Assembly: GCA_964016885.1 (NCBI GenBank)
Contig: OZ024744.1
Location: 29,326,001-29,390,000 of the forward strand
Direction: 5' to 3'
DNA: 64,000 nt
Origin: Eledone cirrhosa
Taxonomy: Eukaryota
Of the stretch, positions 1-16,100 are shown in pieces. Positions within the stretch are counted from its first letter, which is position 1. Each line of letters opens with the position of its first letter. The position numbers were made by a program, and so were the translations under genes. The notes under the pieces were generated by a model. It was not told where the DNA came from and ran no database searches. It worked only from the letters and a program-made list of their open reading frames with translations.

Positions 1-136
1 ACTGACGGAATTTAGCGTCAAAGTAGTAGTAAGTAGTAGATGAGTTACCTCCCTTTGCGTATTCAAAGTAATCCAATTTATTTTACTTACGGGATAAAAA
101 AAATATATACAGGACACAATCCCGCATTCCTTCCTT

Positions 137-175
<39 letters not shown>

Positions 176-336
176 ATTCCGATAATTTGATCAGAGACAC
201 ACTGTTTTTAAGGTCGAGTAACGCAATTTCGAGTCATCACCGGCTTTTAGACTTACCTGATGAATGAAACAATTGTTAATACTGTAAATAAAACCCTTGT
301 TTGTACAGTCGGCCATGTTATTCTTCACTCTTTCAC

Positions 337-2090
<1,754 letters not shown>

Positions 2091-2342
2091 TAATACGGGA
2101 TGTTTGTTTACAAACACACCGAGCATTATAATAAATGTTCGGTGAATCCATACGTGCATATATATATGTGTGCATGTATGTATATATATATATACATACT
2201 ACTGTACGTCGGTATACATATATGTATGTACGTGTACATACTTATATTTAAGTAACAGCCGTACTAAGAGTGGGAAATGAAATATCGTTTCATTTTTTCC
2301 GTTTATCGTTTTCGGTGCACCCGGCCGATTAACCCACTCGAT

Positions 2343-2350
2343 ATGCAAAT
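2343..2350 (+). promoter_or_regulatory. Octamer motif ATGCAAAT, present in nearly every ~419-bp monomer about 100 bp upstream of the ribozyme cleavage site
   Basis: Exact octamer in cgatATGCAAATtggg, also retained in the divergent monomers (~5454, ~10349). A promoter function is inferred, not shown. Confidence 0.45.
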
Positions 2351-2417
2351 TGGGCTACTCAGCCGTTAATATGCATAAGGTAAGTATATACGTTCAACAA
2401 TCTGGCAGGAAGGTATA

Positions 2418-2458
2418 CGTTGCTGACGATAGCTAACAAGCTTGAAACTAGTACAGCG
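2418..2458 (+). ncRNA. Type I hammerhead ribozyme of the ~419-bp unit (first copy; one per monomer, last core at ~25576)
   Basis: Reads cgttg-CTGACGA-t-agct-aa(t/c)a-agct-t-GAAA-ctag-TA-cagcg, with stem I cgttg/cagcg extendable through ctggcag(g)aagg/cctttgtcag, stem II agct/agct and palindromic stem III ACTAGT. Predicted cleavage is after GUA (2453). Confidence 0.9.
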
Positions 2459-3585
2459 TTCCTTTGTCAGTGTTGAACAAACGAGCAACGGTGGTTGCTA
2501 GACACTACGGCTTAATACGGGATGTTTCTTTACAAACACACCGAGCATTATAATAAATGTTCGGTGAATCCATACGTGCATATATATATGTGTGCATGTA
2601 TGTATATATATATATATACATACTACTGTACGTCGGTATACATATATGTATGTACGTGTACATACTTATATTTAAGTAACAGCCGTACTAAGAGTGGGAA
2701 ATGAAATATCGTTTCATTTTTTCCGTTTATCGTTTTCGGTGCACCCGGCCGATTAACCCACTCGATATGCAAATTGGGCTACTCAGCCGTTAATATGCAT
2801 AAGGTAAGTATATACGTTCAACAATCTGGCAGGAAGGTATACGTTGCTGACGATAGCTAACAAGCTTGAAACTAGTACAGCGTTCCTTTGTCAGTGTTGA
2901 ACAAACGAGCAACGGTGGTTGCTAGACACTACGGATTAATACGGGATGTTTGTTTACAAACACACCGAGCATTATAATAAATGTTCGGTGAATCCATACG
3001 TGCATATACATATGTGTGCATGTATGTATATATATATATATATATATACATACTACTGTACGTCGGTATACATATATGTATGTACGTGTACATACTTATA
3101 TTTAAGTAACAGCCGTACTAAGAGTGGGAAATGAAATATCGTTTCATTTTTTCCGTTTATCGTTTTCGGTGCACCCGGCCGATTAACCCACTCGATATGC
3201 AAATTGGGCTACTCAGCCGTTAATATGCATAAGGTAAGTATATACGTTCAACAATCTGGCAGGAAGGTATACGTTGCTGACGATAGCTAACAAGCTTGAA
3301 ACTAGTACAGCGTTCCTTTGTCAGTGTTGAACAAACGAGCAACGGTGGTTGCTAGACACTACGGATTAATACGGGATGTTTGTTTACAAACACACCGAGC
3401 ATTATAATAAATGTTCGGTGAATCCATACGTGCATATACATATGTGTGCATGTATGTATATATATATATATATATATACATACTACTGTACGTCGGTATA
3501 CATATATGTATGTACGTGTACATACTTATATTTAAGTAACAGCCGTACTAAGAGTGGGAAATGAAATATCGTTTCATTTTTTCCG

Positions 3586-3758
<173 letters not shown>

Positions 3759-3827
3759 ATATGTATTTAGATCTATACAATGCTAAATACATAAAAGCCT
3801 TCGTAATTATTTCGACATTGTTGTCCG

Positions 3828-3876
<49 letters not shown>

Positions 3877-3960
3877 ATAATAATAAATTTGAAGACTAAA
3901 ATCCAAAGAGGGCTCGATAAGGATAAATATATATCAAATATATAAGAACCGTAGCGCAAA

Positions 3961-5208
3961 TATTTATTAAAATAACAGATTAAAGTTTAAGCAAAGAATC
4001 GCTACTTTCACCCTTAACGCGATCTTCTGTATGTAACAAAGTCAATCTGTGAACGCAGAAGTGAATATTTCAAAAAACGTTGCAGTCGGGGGAACACAGG
4101 AAGACGATACTTTGGTTCGTGGAAACGTTCCCTATACAAATAAGTAATGGTATAAACATAACATATACTTAGCTACCACATCAAGACGTAAAATATCCGC
4201 GTATAGTTCGTACTATCCGTTAGGGTATAATGTGGGGCTGTAATACAGGAAAGTTTTGTGCAATTTATGTTTACAAGTCGAAATTGCCTCAGATATTTTG
4301 TTTAAGATGTCGTCTTTGGTGTAGAGTATTTCCAGGGCCTCAGCGGCGCAGATGTCACATGGTGTTTTATTTTCGTTATACAATCTAGCCCTAGCTAGGA
4401 TCTCCCAGTGTAACTTATATTGGGTGTGGTTGTCTTTTAGACTCCAGATATCAGCTGAAAGTGACGTCATATTCCTTCTTAAAGGGTAACGAAAAGATTG
4501 GGCATACATGTAAAGACGCTGCTTGAATCTATTGGCGGTTAACACTATGTAGGCCCTACGGGACGCGGGTGTTTCAACCTTACATTTGTAGACAATGTTA
4601 CTAGAGAGGCATTTCCCGGATAAGGGGCAGTCAACCCGATTCCTACAATTACAGTTAGTACTAACTACAGGGTTGCACGTGTTCCTACGGCTAGGTAGTT
4701 TAGCTAAATTTGAAGCTGTGATGTTATGTGCAAGGTTAGGGGTCGTAGAGTAAGAAATTTTAACAGTATTTCTATTAAAAATATTACTATATTTATGTGT
4801 AGGAGGAAAATGCTTCATAATAAGGGAGAGAAAGATCTTAGCTAATGGTGTGGCCACCTCCATATTATATGGTGGGTTATACCATATAATGCGTCGGGAT
4901 CTATTTCTTCTAGGTCTATTCTCGTACTCTGTATATGCTACCTTATCGACAAATCCACTCCGAGCAAGAGCTTCATTGTAATATGTGGAATGGTCGTTGA
5001 AAATATGTTCGTTTGTAGATAGACGGGAAAGCCTCAAAGAAACCTTTCTTACCAGGTTTTGGTTATGTTGGCAGGATAATTAGAATGCTTACTTATGTAA
5101 TAAAGCATATCATTCGGCTTTCTATACGGGCAATGCAAGCCATTCGATAAATTGAGAGTGAAAGCAGCGATTCATTGCTTAAACTTTAATCTGTTATTTT
5201 AATAAATA
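3961..5208 (-). mobile_element. 5'-truncated Penelope-like retroelement (RT thumb/linker plus GIY-YIG endonuclease) with ~51-bp inverted terminal segments
   Basis: ORF motifs IIWYNPPY, CNCR..DCPL..C, IVYKC...YI(G/V)LT..RFKQR and CDIC..E...LNK.SE...CKH. Segment 3961-4011 is the reverse complement of 5158-5208. Frameshifted upstream RT remnant YRKPND...Y at 5060-5150. Confidence 0.9.
4213..5037 (-). pseudogene. Penelope-like ORF C-terminus (GIY-YIG endonuclease), truncated; YIG changed to YIV
   Basis: 274-aa ORF from the ORF track. It lacks the RT core. Confidence 0.85.
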
Positions 5209-5850
5209 TATATATATATATACAAACAAACTGAACATTATAATAAATGTTCGGTAAACTGGTACGTGCATATATATATGTGTACATGTATATATACATA
5301 TTATTGTACGTCTGTATACATATATGTATGTACGCATACATACATGCATACTTACATTTAAGTGACTGCCGTCCTAAGAGTGAGAAATGAAATTTCGTTT
5401 CATTCTATTCCATTTATCGTTTTCGGTGCGCCCGGCCGACTAAACTCACTCGATATGCAAATTAGGCTGCTCAGCCGTTAATATGCATAAGGAAAGTATA
5501 TACTTTCAGACGTTCAACGATCTGGCAGGAAGGTATGCGATGCTGACGATAGCTAATAAGCTTAAAACTAGTACATCGTTCCTGTGTCAGTGTTGAACAA
5601 AAAGGTGACGTGGTTGCCTAAACACTGTACGGCGTAATTCGGGCTGTATGTTTGTTTACAAACAAACCGAACATTATAATAAATGTTCGGTAAACCGATA
5701 CGTGTATATATATATGTGCATGTATGTATATATATACATACTACTGTACATCTGTATACTTTATGTATGTACGTATACATACATGCATAATTACATTTAA
5801 GTAACTGCCGTACTAAGAGTGAGAAATGAAATTTCGTTTCATTCTATTCC

Positions 5851-5886
<36 letters not shown>

Positions 5887-8499
5887 GTGTGCTTGTATGT
5901 ATATATAAGTGTATGTACGTGTACATACTTATATTTAAGTAACAGCCGTACTAAGAGTGGGAAATGAAATTTCGTTTCATTTTTCCGTATATCGTTTTCG
6001 GTGCACCCGACCGATTAACCCACTCGATATGCAAATTGGGCTACTCAGCCGTTAATATGCATAAGGTAAGAATCTGGCAGGAAGGTATACGTTGCTGACG
6101 ATAGCTAATAAGCTTGAAACTAGTACAGCGTTCCTTTGTCAGTGTTGAACAAACGAGCAACGATGGTTGCTGGACACGACAGCTTAATACGGGATGTTTG
6201 TTTACAAACACACCGAGCATTATAATAAATGTTCGGTGAATCCATACGTACATAGATATATGTGTGCATGTATGTATATATATATACATAATACTGTACG
6301 TCTGTATACATATATGTATGTACGTGTACATACTTATATATAAGTAATAGCGGTACTAAGAGTGGGAAATGAAATCACGTTTCATTTTTTCCGTTTATCG
6401 TTTTCGGTGCACCCGGCCGATTAACCCACTCGATATGCAAATTGGGCTACTCAGCCGTTAATATGCATAAGGTAAGTATATACGTTCACAATCTGCCAGG
6501 AAGATATACGTTGGTGACGATAGCTAATAAGCTTGAAACTAGTACAGCGTTCCTTTGTCAGTTTGAACAAACGAGCAACGGTGGTTGCTAGACACTACGG
6601 CTTAATACGGGATGTTTGTTTACAAACACACCGAGCATTATTATAAATGTTCGGCGAATCCATACGTACATATATATATGTGTGCATGTATGTATATATA
6701 TATACATACTACTGTACGTCTGTATACATATATATATGTACGTGTACATACTTATATTTAAGTAACAGCCGTACTAAGTTTTGGAAATTAAATCTCGTTT
6801 TATTTTTTCCGTTTATCGTTTTCGGTGCACCCGGCCGATTAACCCACTCGATATGCAAATTGGGCTACTCAGCCGTTAATATGCATAAGGTAAGTATATA
6901 CGTTCACAATCTGCCAGGAAGATATACGTTGGTGACGATAGCTAATAAGCTTGAAACTAGTACAGCGTTCCTTTGTCAGTGTTGAACAAACGAGCAACGA
7001 TGGTTGCTGGACACTACGGCTTAATACGGGATGTTTGTTTACAAACACACCGAGCATTATAATAAATGTTCGGTGAATCGATACGTACATATATATATGT
7101 GTGCATGTATGTATATATATATACATACTACTGTACGTCTGTATACATATATATATGTACGTGTACATACTTATATTTAAGTAACAGCCGTACTAAGTTT
7201 TGGAAATTAAATCTCGTTTCATTTTTTCCGTTTATCGTTTTCGGTGCACCCGGCCGATTAACCCACTCGATATGCAAATTGGGCTACTCAGCCGTTAATA
7301 TGCATAAGGTAAGTATATACGTTCACAATCTCGTAGGAAGGTATACGTTGCTGACGATAGCTAATAAGCTTGAAACTAGTACAGCGTTCCTTTGTCAGTG
7401 TTGAACAAACGAGCAACGATAGTTGCTTGAGACTACGGCTTAATACGGGATGTTTGTTTACAAACACATCGAGCATTATAATAAATGTTCGGTGAATCCA
7501 TACGTACATATGTATATGTGTGCATGTATGTATATATTTATACATACTACTGTACGTCTGTATACATATATGTATGTACATACTTATATTTAAGTAATAG
7601 CCGTACTAAGAGTGGGAAATGAAATTTCGTTTCATTTTTTACGTTTATCGTTTTCGGTGCACCCGGCCGATTAACCCACTCGATATGCAAATTGGGCTAC
7701 TCAGCCGTTAATATGCATAAGGTAAGTATATACGTTCACAATCTCGCAGGAAGGTATACGTTGCTGACGATAGCTAATAAGCTTGAAACTAGTACAGCGT
7801 TCCTTTGTCAGTGTTGAACAAACGAGCAACGGTGGTTGCTAGACACTACGGATTAATACGGGATGTTTCTTTACAAACACACCGAGCATTATAATAAATG
7901 TTCGGTGAATCCATACGTGCATATATATATGTGTGCATGTATGTATATATATATATATATATATATACATACTACTGTACGTCGGTATACATATATGTAC
8001 GTGTACATACTTATATTTAAGTAACAGCCGTACTAAGAGTGGGAAATGAAATATCGTTTCATTTTTTCCGTTTATCGTTTTCGGTGCACCCAGCCGATTA
8101 ACCCACTCGATATGCAAATTGGGCTACTCAGCCGTTAATATGCATAAGGTAAGTATATACGTTCAACAATCTGGCAGGAAGGTATACGTTGCTGACGATA
8201 GCTAACAAGCTTGAAACTAGTACAGCGTTCCTTTGTCAGTGTTGAACAAACGAGCAACGGTGGTTGCTAGACACTACGGATTAATACGGGATGTTTGTTT
8301 ACAAACACACCGAGCATTATAATAAATGTTCGGTGAATCCATACGTGCATATATATATGTGTGCATGTATGTATATATATATATATATATATACATACTA
8401 CTGTACGTCGGTATACATATATGTATGTACGTGTACATACTTATATTTAAGTAACAGCCGTACTAAGAGTGGGAAATGAAATATCGTTTCATTTTTTCC

Positions 8500-8666
<167 letters not shown>

Positions 8667-8734
8667 ATATGTATTTAGATCTATACAATGCTAAATACAT
8701 AAAAGCCTTCGTAATTATTCGACATTGTTGTCCG

Positions 8735-8771
<37 letters not shown>

Positions 8772-8855
8772 ATAATAATAAATTTGAAGACTAAAATCCA
8801 AAGAGGGCTCGATAAGGATAAATATATATCAAATATATAAGAACCGTAGCGCAAA

Positions 8856-10103
8856 TATTTATTAAAATAACAGATTAAAGTTTAAGCAAAGAATCGCTAC
8901 TTTCACCCTTAACGCGATCTTCTGTATGTAACAAAGTCAATCTGTGAACGCAGAAGTGAATATTTCAAAAAACGTTGCAGTCGGGGGAACACAGGAAGAC
9001 GATACTTTGGTTCGTGGAAACGTTCCCTATACAAATAAGTAATGGTATAAACATAACATATACTTAGCTACCACATCAAGACGTAAAATATCCGCGTATA
9101 GTTCGTACTATCCGTTAGGGTATAATGTGGGGCTGTAATACAGGAAAGTTTTGTGCAATTTATGTTTACAAGTCGAAATTGCCTCAGATATTTTGTTTAA
9201 GATGTCGTCTTTGGTGTAGAGTATTTCCAGGGCCTCAGCGGCGCAGATGTCACATGGTGTTTTATTTTCGTTATACAATCTAGCCCTAGCTAGGATCTCC
9301 CAGTGTAACTTATATTGGGTGTGGTTGTCTTTTAGACTCCAGATATCAGCTGAAAGTGACGTCATATTCCTTCTTAAAGGGTAACGAAAAGATTGGGCAT
9401 ACATGTAAAGACGCTGCTTGAATCTATTGGCGGTTAACCCTATGTAGGCCCTACGGGACGCGGGTGTTTCAACCTTACATTTGTAGACAATGTTGCTAGA
9501 GAGGCATTTCCCGGATAAGGGGCAGTCAACCCGATTCCTACAATTACAGTTAGTACTAACTACAGGGTTGCACGTGTTCCTACGGCTAGGTAGTTTAGCT
9601 AAATTTGAAGCTGTGATGTTATGTGCAAGGTTAGGGGTCGTAGAGTAAGAAATTTTAACAGTATTTCTATTAAAAATATTACTATATTTATGTGTAGGAG
9701 GAAAATGCTTCATAATAAGGGAAAGAAAGATCTTAGCTAATGGTGTGGCCACCTCCATATTATATGGTGGGTTATACCATATAATGCGTCGGGATCTATT
9801 TCTTCTAGGTCTATTCTCGTACTCTGTATATGCTACCTTATCGACAAATCCACTCCGAGCAAGAGCTTCATTGTAATATGTGGAATGGTCGTAGAAAATA
9901 TGTTCGTTTGTAGATAGACGGGAAAGCCTCAAAGAAACCTTTCTTACCAGGTTTTGGTTATGTTGGCAGGATAATTAGAATGCTTACTTATGTAATAAAG
10001 CATATCATTCGGCTTTCTATACGGGTAATGCAAGCCATTCGATAAATTGAGAGTGAAAGCAGCGATTCATTGCTTAAACTTTAATCTGTTATTTTAATAA
10101 ATA
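8856..10103 (-). mobile_element. Second copy of the Penelope-like fragment (tandem ~4.9-kb segmental duplication)
   Basis: Near-identical to 3961-5208 at offset 4895, with the same flanks. Confidence 0.9.
9108..9932 (-). pseudogene. Penelope-like ORF C-terminus (GIY-YIG endonuclease), truncated; YIG intact
   Basis: 274-aa ORF containing AYIGLTANRFKQR. Confidence 0.85.
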
Positions 10104-13100
10104 TATATATATATATACAAACAAACTGAACATTATAATAAATGTTCGGTAAACTGATACGTGCATATATATATGTGTACATGTATATATACATATTATT
10201 GTACGTCTGTATACATATATGTATGTACGCATACATACATGCATACTTACATTTAAGTGACTGCCGTCCTAAGAGTGAGAAATGAAATTTCGTTTCATTC
10301 TATTCCATTTATCGTTTTCGGTGCGCCCGGCCGACTAAACTCACTCGATATGCAAATTAGGCTGCTCAGCCGTTAATATGCATAAGGAAAGTATATACTT
10401 TCAGACGTTCAACGATCTGGCAGGAAGGTATGCGATGCTGACGATAGCTAATAAGCTTAAAACTAGTACATCGTTCCTGTGTCAGTGTTGAACAAAAAGG
10501 TGACGTGGTTGCCTAAACACTGTACGGCGTAATTCGGGCTGTATGTTTGTTTACAAACAAACCGAACATTATAATAAATGTTCGGTAAACCGATACGTGT
10601 ATATATATATGTGCATGTATGTATATATATACATACTACTGTACATCTGTATACTTTATGTATGTACGTATACATACATGCATAATTACATTTAAGTAAC
10701 TGCCGTACTAAGAGTGAGAAATGAAATTTCGTTTCATTCTATTCCATTTATATATATATATATATATATATATATCTGTGTGCTTGTATGTATATATAAG
10801 TGTATGTACGTGTACATACTTATATTTAAGTAACAGCCGTACTAAGAGTGGGAAATGAAATTTCGTTTCATTTTTCCGTATATCGTTTTCGGTGCACCCG
10901 ACCGATTAACCCACTCGATATGCAAATTGGGCTACTCAGCCGTTAATATGCATAAGGTAAGAATCTGGCAGGAAGGTATACGTTGCTGACGATAGCTAAT
11001 AAGCTTGAAACTAGTACAGCGTTCGTTTGTCAGTGTTGAACAAACGAGCAACGATGGTTGCTGGACACGACGGCTTAATACGGGATGTTTGTTTACAAAC
11101 ACACCGAGCATTATAATAAATGTTCGGTGAATCCATACGTACATAGATATATGTGTGCATGTATGTATATATATATACATAATACTGTACGTTTGTATAC
11201 ATATATGTATGTACGTGTACATACTTATATATAAGTAATAGCGGTACTAAGAGTGGGAAATGAAATCACGTTTCATTTTTTCCGTTTATCGTTTTCGGTG
11301 CACCCGGCCGATTAACCCACTCGATATGCAAATTGGGCTACTCAGCCGTTAATATGCATAAGGTAAGTATATACGTTCACAATCTGCCAGGAAGATATAC
11401 GTTGGTGACGATAGCTAATAAGCTTGAAACTAGTACAGCGTTCCTTTGTCAGTTTGAACAAACGAGCAACGGTGGTTGCTAGACACTACGGCTTAATACG
11501 GGATGTTTGTTTACAAACACACCGAGCATTATTATAAATGTTCGGTGAATCCATACGTACATATATATATGTGTGCATGTATGTATATATATATACATAC
11601 TACTGTACGTCTGTATACATATATATATGTACGTGTACATACTTATATTTAAGTAACAGCCGTACTAAGTTTTGGAAATTAAATCTCGTTTTATTTTTTC
11701 CGTTTATCGTTTTCGGTGCACCCGGCCGATTAACCCACTCGATATGCAAATTGGGCTACCCAGCCGTTAATATGCATAAGGTAAGTATATTCGTTCACAA
11801 TCTGCCAGGAAGATATACGTTGGTGACGATAGCTAATAAGCTTGAAACTAGTACAGCGTTCCTTTGTCAGTGTTGAACAAACGAGCAACGATGGTTGCTG
11901 GACACTACGGCTTAATACGGGATGTTTGTTTACAAACACACCGAGCATTATAATAAATGTTCGGTGAATCGATACGTACATATATATATGTGTGCATGTA
12001 TGTATATATATATACATACTACTGTACGTCTGTATACATATATATATGTACGTGTACATACTTATATTTAAGTAACAGCCGTACTAAGTTTTGGAAATTA
12101 AATCTCGTTTCATTTTTTCCGTTTATCGTTTTCGGTGCACCCGGCCGATTAACCCACTCGATATGCAAATTGGGCTACTCAGCCGTTAATATGCATAAGG
12201 TAAGTATATACGTTCACAATCTCGTAGGAAGGTATACGTTGCTGACGATAGCTAATAAGCTTGAAACTAGTACAGCGTTCCTTTGTCAGTGTTGAACAAA
12301 CGAGCAACGATAGTTGCTTGAGACTACGGCTTAATACGGGATGTTTGTTTACAAACACATCGAGCATTATAATAAATGTTCGGTGAATCCATACGTACAT
12401 ATGTATATGTGTGCATGTATGTATATATTTATACATACTACTGTACGTCTGTATACATATATGTATGTACATACTTATATTTAAGTAATAGCCGTACTAA
12501 GAGTGGGAAATGAAATTTCGTTTCATTTTTTACGTTTATCGTTTTCGGTGCACCCGGCCGATTAACCCACTCGATATGAAAATTGGGCTACTCAGCCGTT
12601 AATATGCATAAGGTAAGTATATACGTTCACAATCTCGCAGGAAGGTATACGTTGCTGACGATAGCTAATAAGCTTGAAACTAGTACAGCGTTCCTTTGTC
12701 AGTGTTGAACAAACGAGCAACGATGGTTGCTGGACACTAGGGCTTAATACGGGATGTTTGTTTACAAACACACCGAGCATTATAATAAATGTTCGGTGAA
12801 TCCAAACGTACATATGTATATGTGTGCATGTATGTACATATATATACATACTAATGTACGTCGGTATACATATATATATGTACGTGTACATACTTATATT
12901 TAAGTAAGAGCCGTACTAAGAGTGGGAATGAAATCTCGTGTCATTTTTTTCGTTTATCGTTTTCGGTGCACCCGGTCGATTAACCCACTCGATATGCAAA
13001 TTGGGCTACTCAGCCGTTAATATGCATAAGGTAAGTATATACGTTCACAATCTGGCAGGAAGGTATACATTGCTGACGATAGCTAATAAGCTTGAAACTA

Positions 13101-16100
13101 GTACAGCGTTCCTTTGTCAGCGTTGAACAAACGAGCAACGATGGTTGCTTGAGACTACGGCTTAATACGGGATGTTTGTTTACAAACACACCGAGCATTA
13201 TAATAAATGTTCGGTGAATCCATACGTACATATATATATGTGTGCGCATGTATGTATATATATATACATACTACTGTACGTCTGCATACATATATATATG
13301 TACGTGTACATACTTATATTTAAGTAACAGCCGTACTAAGTTTTGGAAATTAAATCTCGTTTCATTTTTTCCGTTTATCGTTTTCGGTGCACCCGGCCGA
13401 TTAATCCACTCGATATGCAAATTGGGCTACTCAGCCGTTAATATGCATAAGGTAAGAATCTGGCAGGAGGGTATACGTTGCTGACGATAGCTAATAAGCT
13501 TGAAACTAGTACAGCGTTCCTTTGTCAGTGTTGAACATACGAGCAACGATGGTTGCTGGACACGACGGCTTAATACGGGCTGTTTGTTTACAAACACACC
13601 GAGCATTATAATAAATGTTCGGTGAATCCATACGTACATAGATATATGTGTGCATGTATGTATATATATATACATAATACTGTACGTCTGTATACATATA
13701 TGTATGTACGTGTACATACTTATATATAAGTAATAGCCGTACTAAGAGTGGGTAATTAAATCTCGTTTTATTTTTTCCGTTTATCGTTTTCGGTGCACCC
13801 GGCCGATTAACCCACTCGATATGCAAATTGGGCTACTCAGCCGTTAATATGCATAAGGTAAGTATATACGTTCACAATCTGCCAGGAAGATATACGTTGG
13901 TGACGATAGCTAATAAGCTTGAAACTAGTACAGCGTTCCTTTGTGAGTGTTGAACAAACGAGCAACGATGGTTGCTGGACACTACGGCTTAATACGGGAT
14001 GTTTGTTTACAAACACACCGAGCATTATAATAAATGTTCGGCGAATCCATACGTACATATGTATATGTGTGCATGTATGTATATATATATACATACTAAT
14101 GTACGTCTGTATACATATATGTATGTACATACTTATATTTAAGTAATAGCCGTACTAAGAGTGGGAAATGAAATTTCGTTTCATTTTTTACGTTTATCGT
14201 TTTCGGTGCACCCGGCCGATTAACCTACTCGATATGCAAATTGGGCTACTCAGCCGTTAATATGCATAAGGTAAGTATATACGTTCACAATCTCGCAGGA
14301 AGGTATACGTTGCTGACGATAGCTAATAAGCTTGAAACTAGTACAGCGTTCCTTTGTCAGTGTTGAACAAACGAGCAACGATGGTTGCTGGACACTAGGG
14401 CTTAATACGGGATGTTTGTTTACAAACACACCGAGCATTATAATAAATGTTCGGTGAATCCAAACGTACATATGTATATGTGTGCATGTATGTACATATA
14501 TATACATACTAATGTACGTCGGTATACATATATATATGTACGTGTACATACTTATATTTAAGTAAGAGCCGTACTAAGAGTGGGAATGAAATCTCGTTTC
14601 ATTTTTTTCGTTTATCGTTTTCGGTGCACCCGGTCGATTAACCCACTCGATATGCAAATTGGGCTACTCAGCCGTTAATATGCATAAGGTAAGTATATAC
14701 GTTCACAATCTGGCAGGAAGGTATACATTGCTGACGATAGCTAATAAGCTTGAAACTAGTACAGCGTTCCTTTGTCAGCGTTGAACAAACGAGCAACGAT
14801 GGTTGCTTGAGACTACGGCTTAATACGGGATGTTTGTTTACAAACACACCGAGCATTATAATAAATGTTCGGTGAATCCATACGTACATATATATATGTG
14901 TGCGCATGTATGTATATATATATACATACTACTGTACGTCTGCATACATATATATATGTACGTGTACATACTTATATTTAAGTAACAGCCGTACTAAGTT
15001 TTGGAAATTAAATCTCGTTTTATTTTGTCCGTTTATCGTTTTCGGTGCACCCGGCCGATTAACCCACTCGATATGCAAATTGGGCTACTCAGCCGTTAAT
15101 ATGCATAAGGTAAGTATATACGTTCATAATCTGCCAGGAAGATATACGTTGGTGACGATAGCTAATAAGCTTGAAACTAGTACAGCGTTCCTTTGTCAGT
15201 GTTGAACAAACGAGCAACGATGGTTGCTGGACACTACGGCTTAATACGGGATGTTTGTTTACAAACACACCGAGCATTATAATAAATGTTCGGTGAATCC
15301 ATACGTACATATGTATATGTGTGCATGTATGTATATATATATACATACTAATGTACGTCTGTATACATATATATATGTACGTGTACATACTTATATTTAA
15401 GTAAGAGCCGTACTAAGAGTGGGAATGAAATCTCGTTTCCTTTTTTTCGTTTATCGTTTTCGGTGCACCCGGCCGATTAACCCACTCGATATGCAAATTG
15501 GGCTACTCAGCCGTTAATATGCATAAGGTAAGTATATACGTTCACAATCTCGCAGGAAGGTATACGTTGCTGACGATAGCTAATAAGCTTGAAACTAGTA
15601 CAGCGTTCCTTTGTCAGCGTTGAACAAACGAGCAACGATGGTTGCTTGAGACTACGGCTTAATACTTGATGTTTGTTTACAAACACACCGAGCATTATAA
15701 TAAATGTTCGGTGAATCGATACGTACATATATATATGTGTGCATGTATGTATATATATATACATACTACTGTACATCTGTATACATATATATATGTACGT
15801 GTACATACTTATATTTAAGTAACGGCCGTACTAAGTTTTGGAAATTAAATCTCGTTTCATTTTTTCCGTTTATCGTTTTCGGTGCACCCGGCCGATTAAC
15901 CCACTCGATATGCAAATTGGGCTACTCAGCCGTTAATATGCATAAGGTAAGTATATACGTTCACAATCTCGCAGGAAGGTATACGTTGCTGACGAGAGCT
16001 AATAAGCTTGAAACTAGTACAGCGTTCCTTTGTCAGTGTTGAACAAACGAGCAACGATAGTTGCTTGAGACTACGGCTTAATACGGGATGTTTGTTTACA

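Noticed and set aside
2377-2386. Perfect splice-donor consensus AAG/GTAAGT in most monomers
   Set aside because: No matching exon or acceptor evidence, and it is altered in the divergent monomers. It cannot be supported without RNA data.
3995-4035. Possible hammerhead at the 3' end of the embedded Penelope fragment (cagaaga...gaaagtagc, minus strand)
   Set aside because: The core is CAGAAGA, there is no UH triplet and no stem I. At best a relic.
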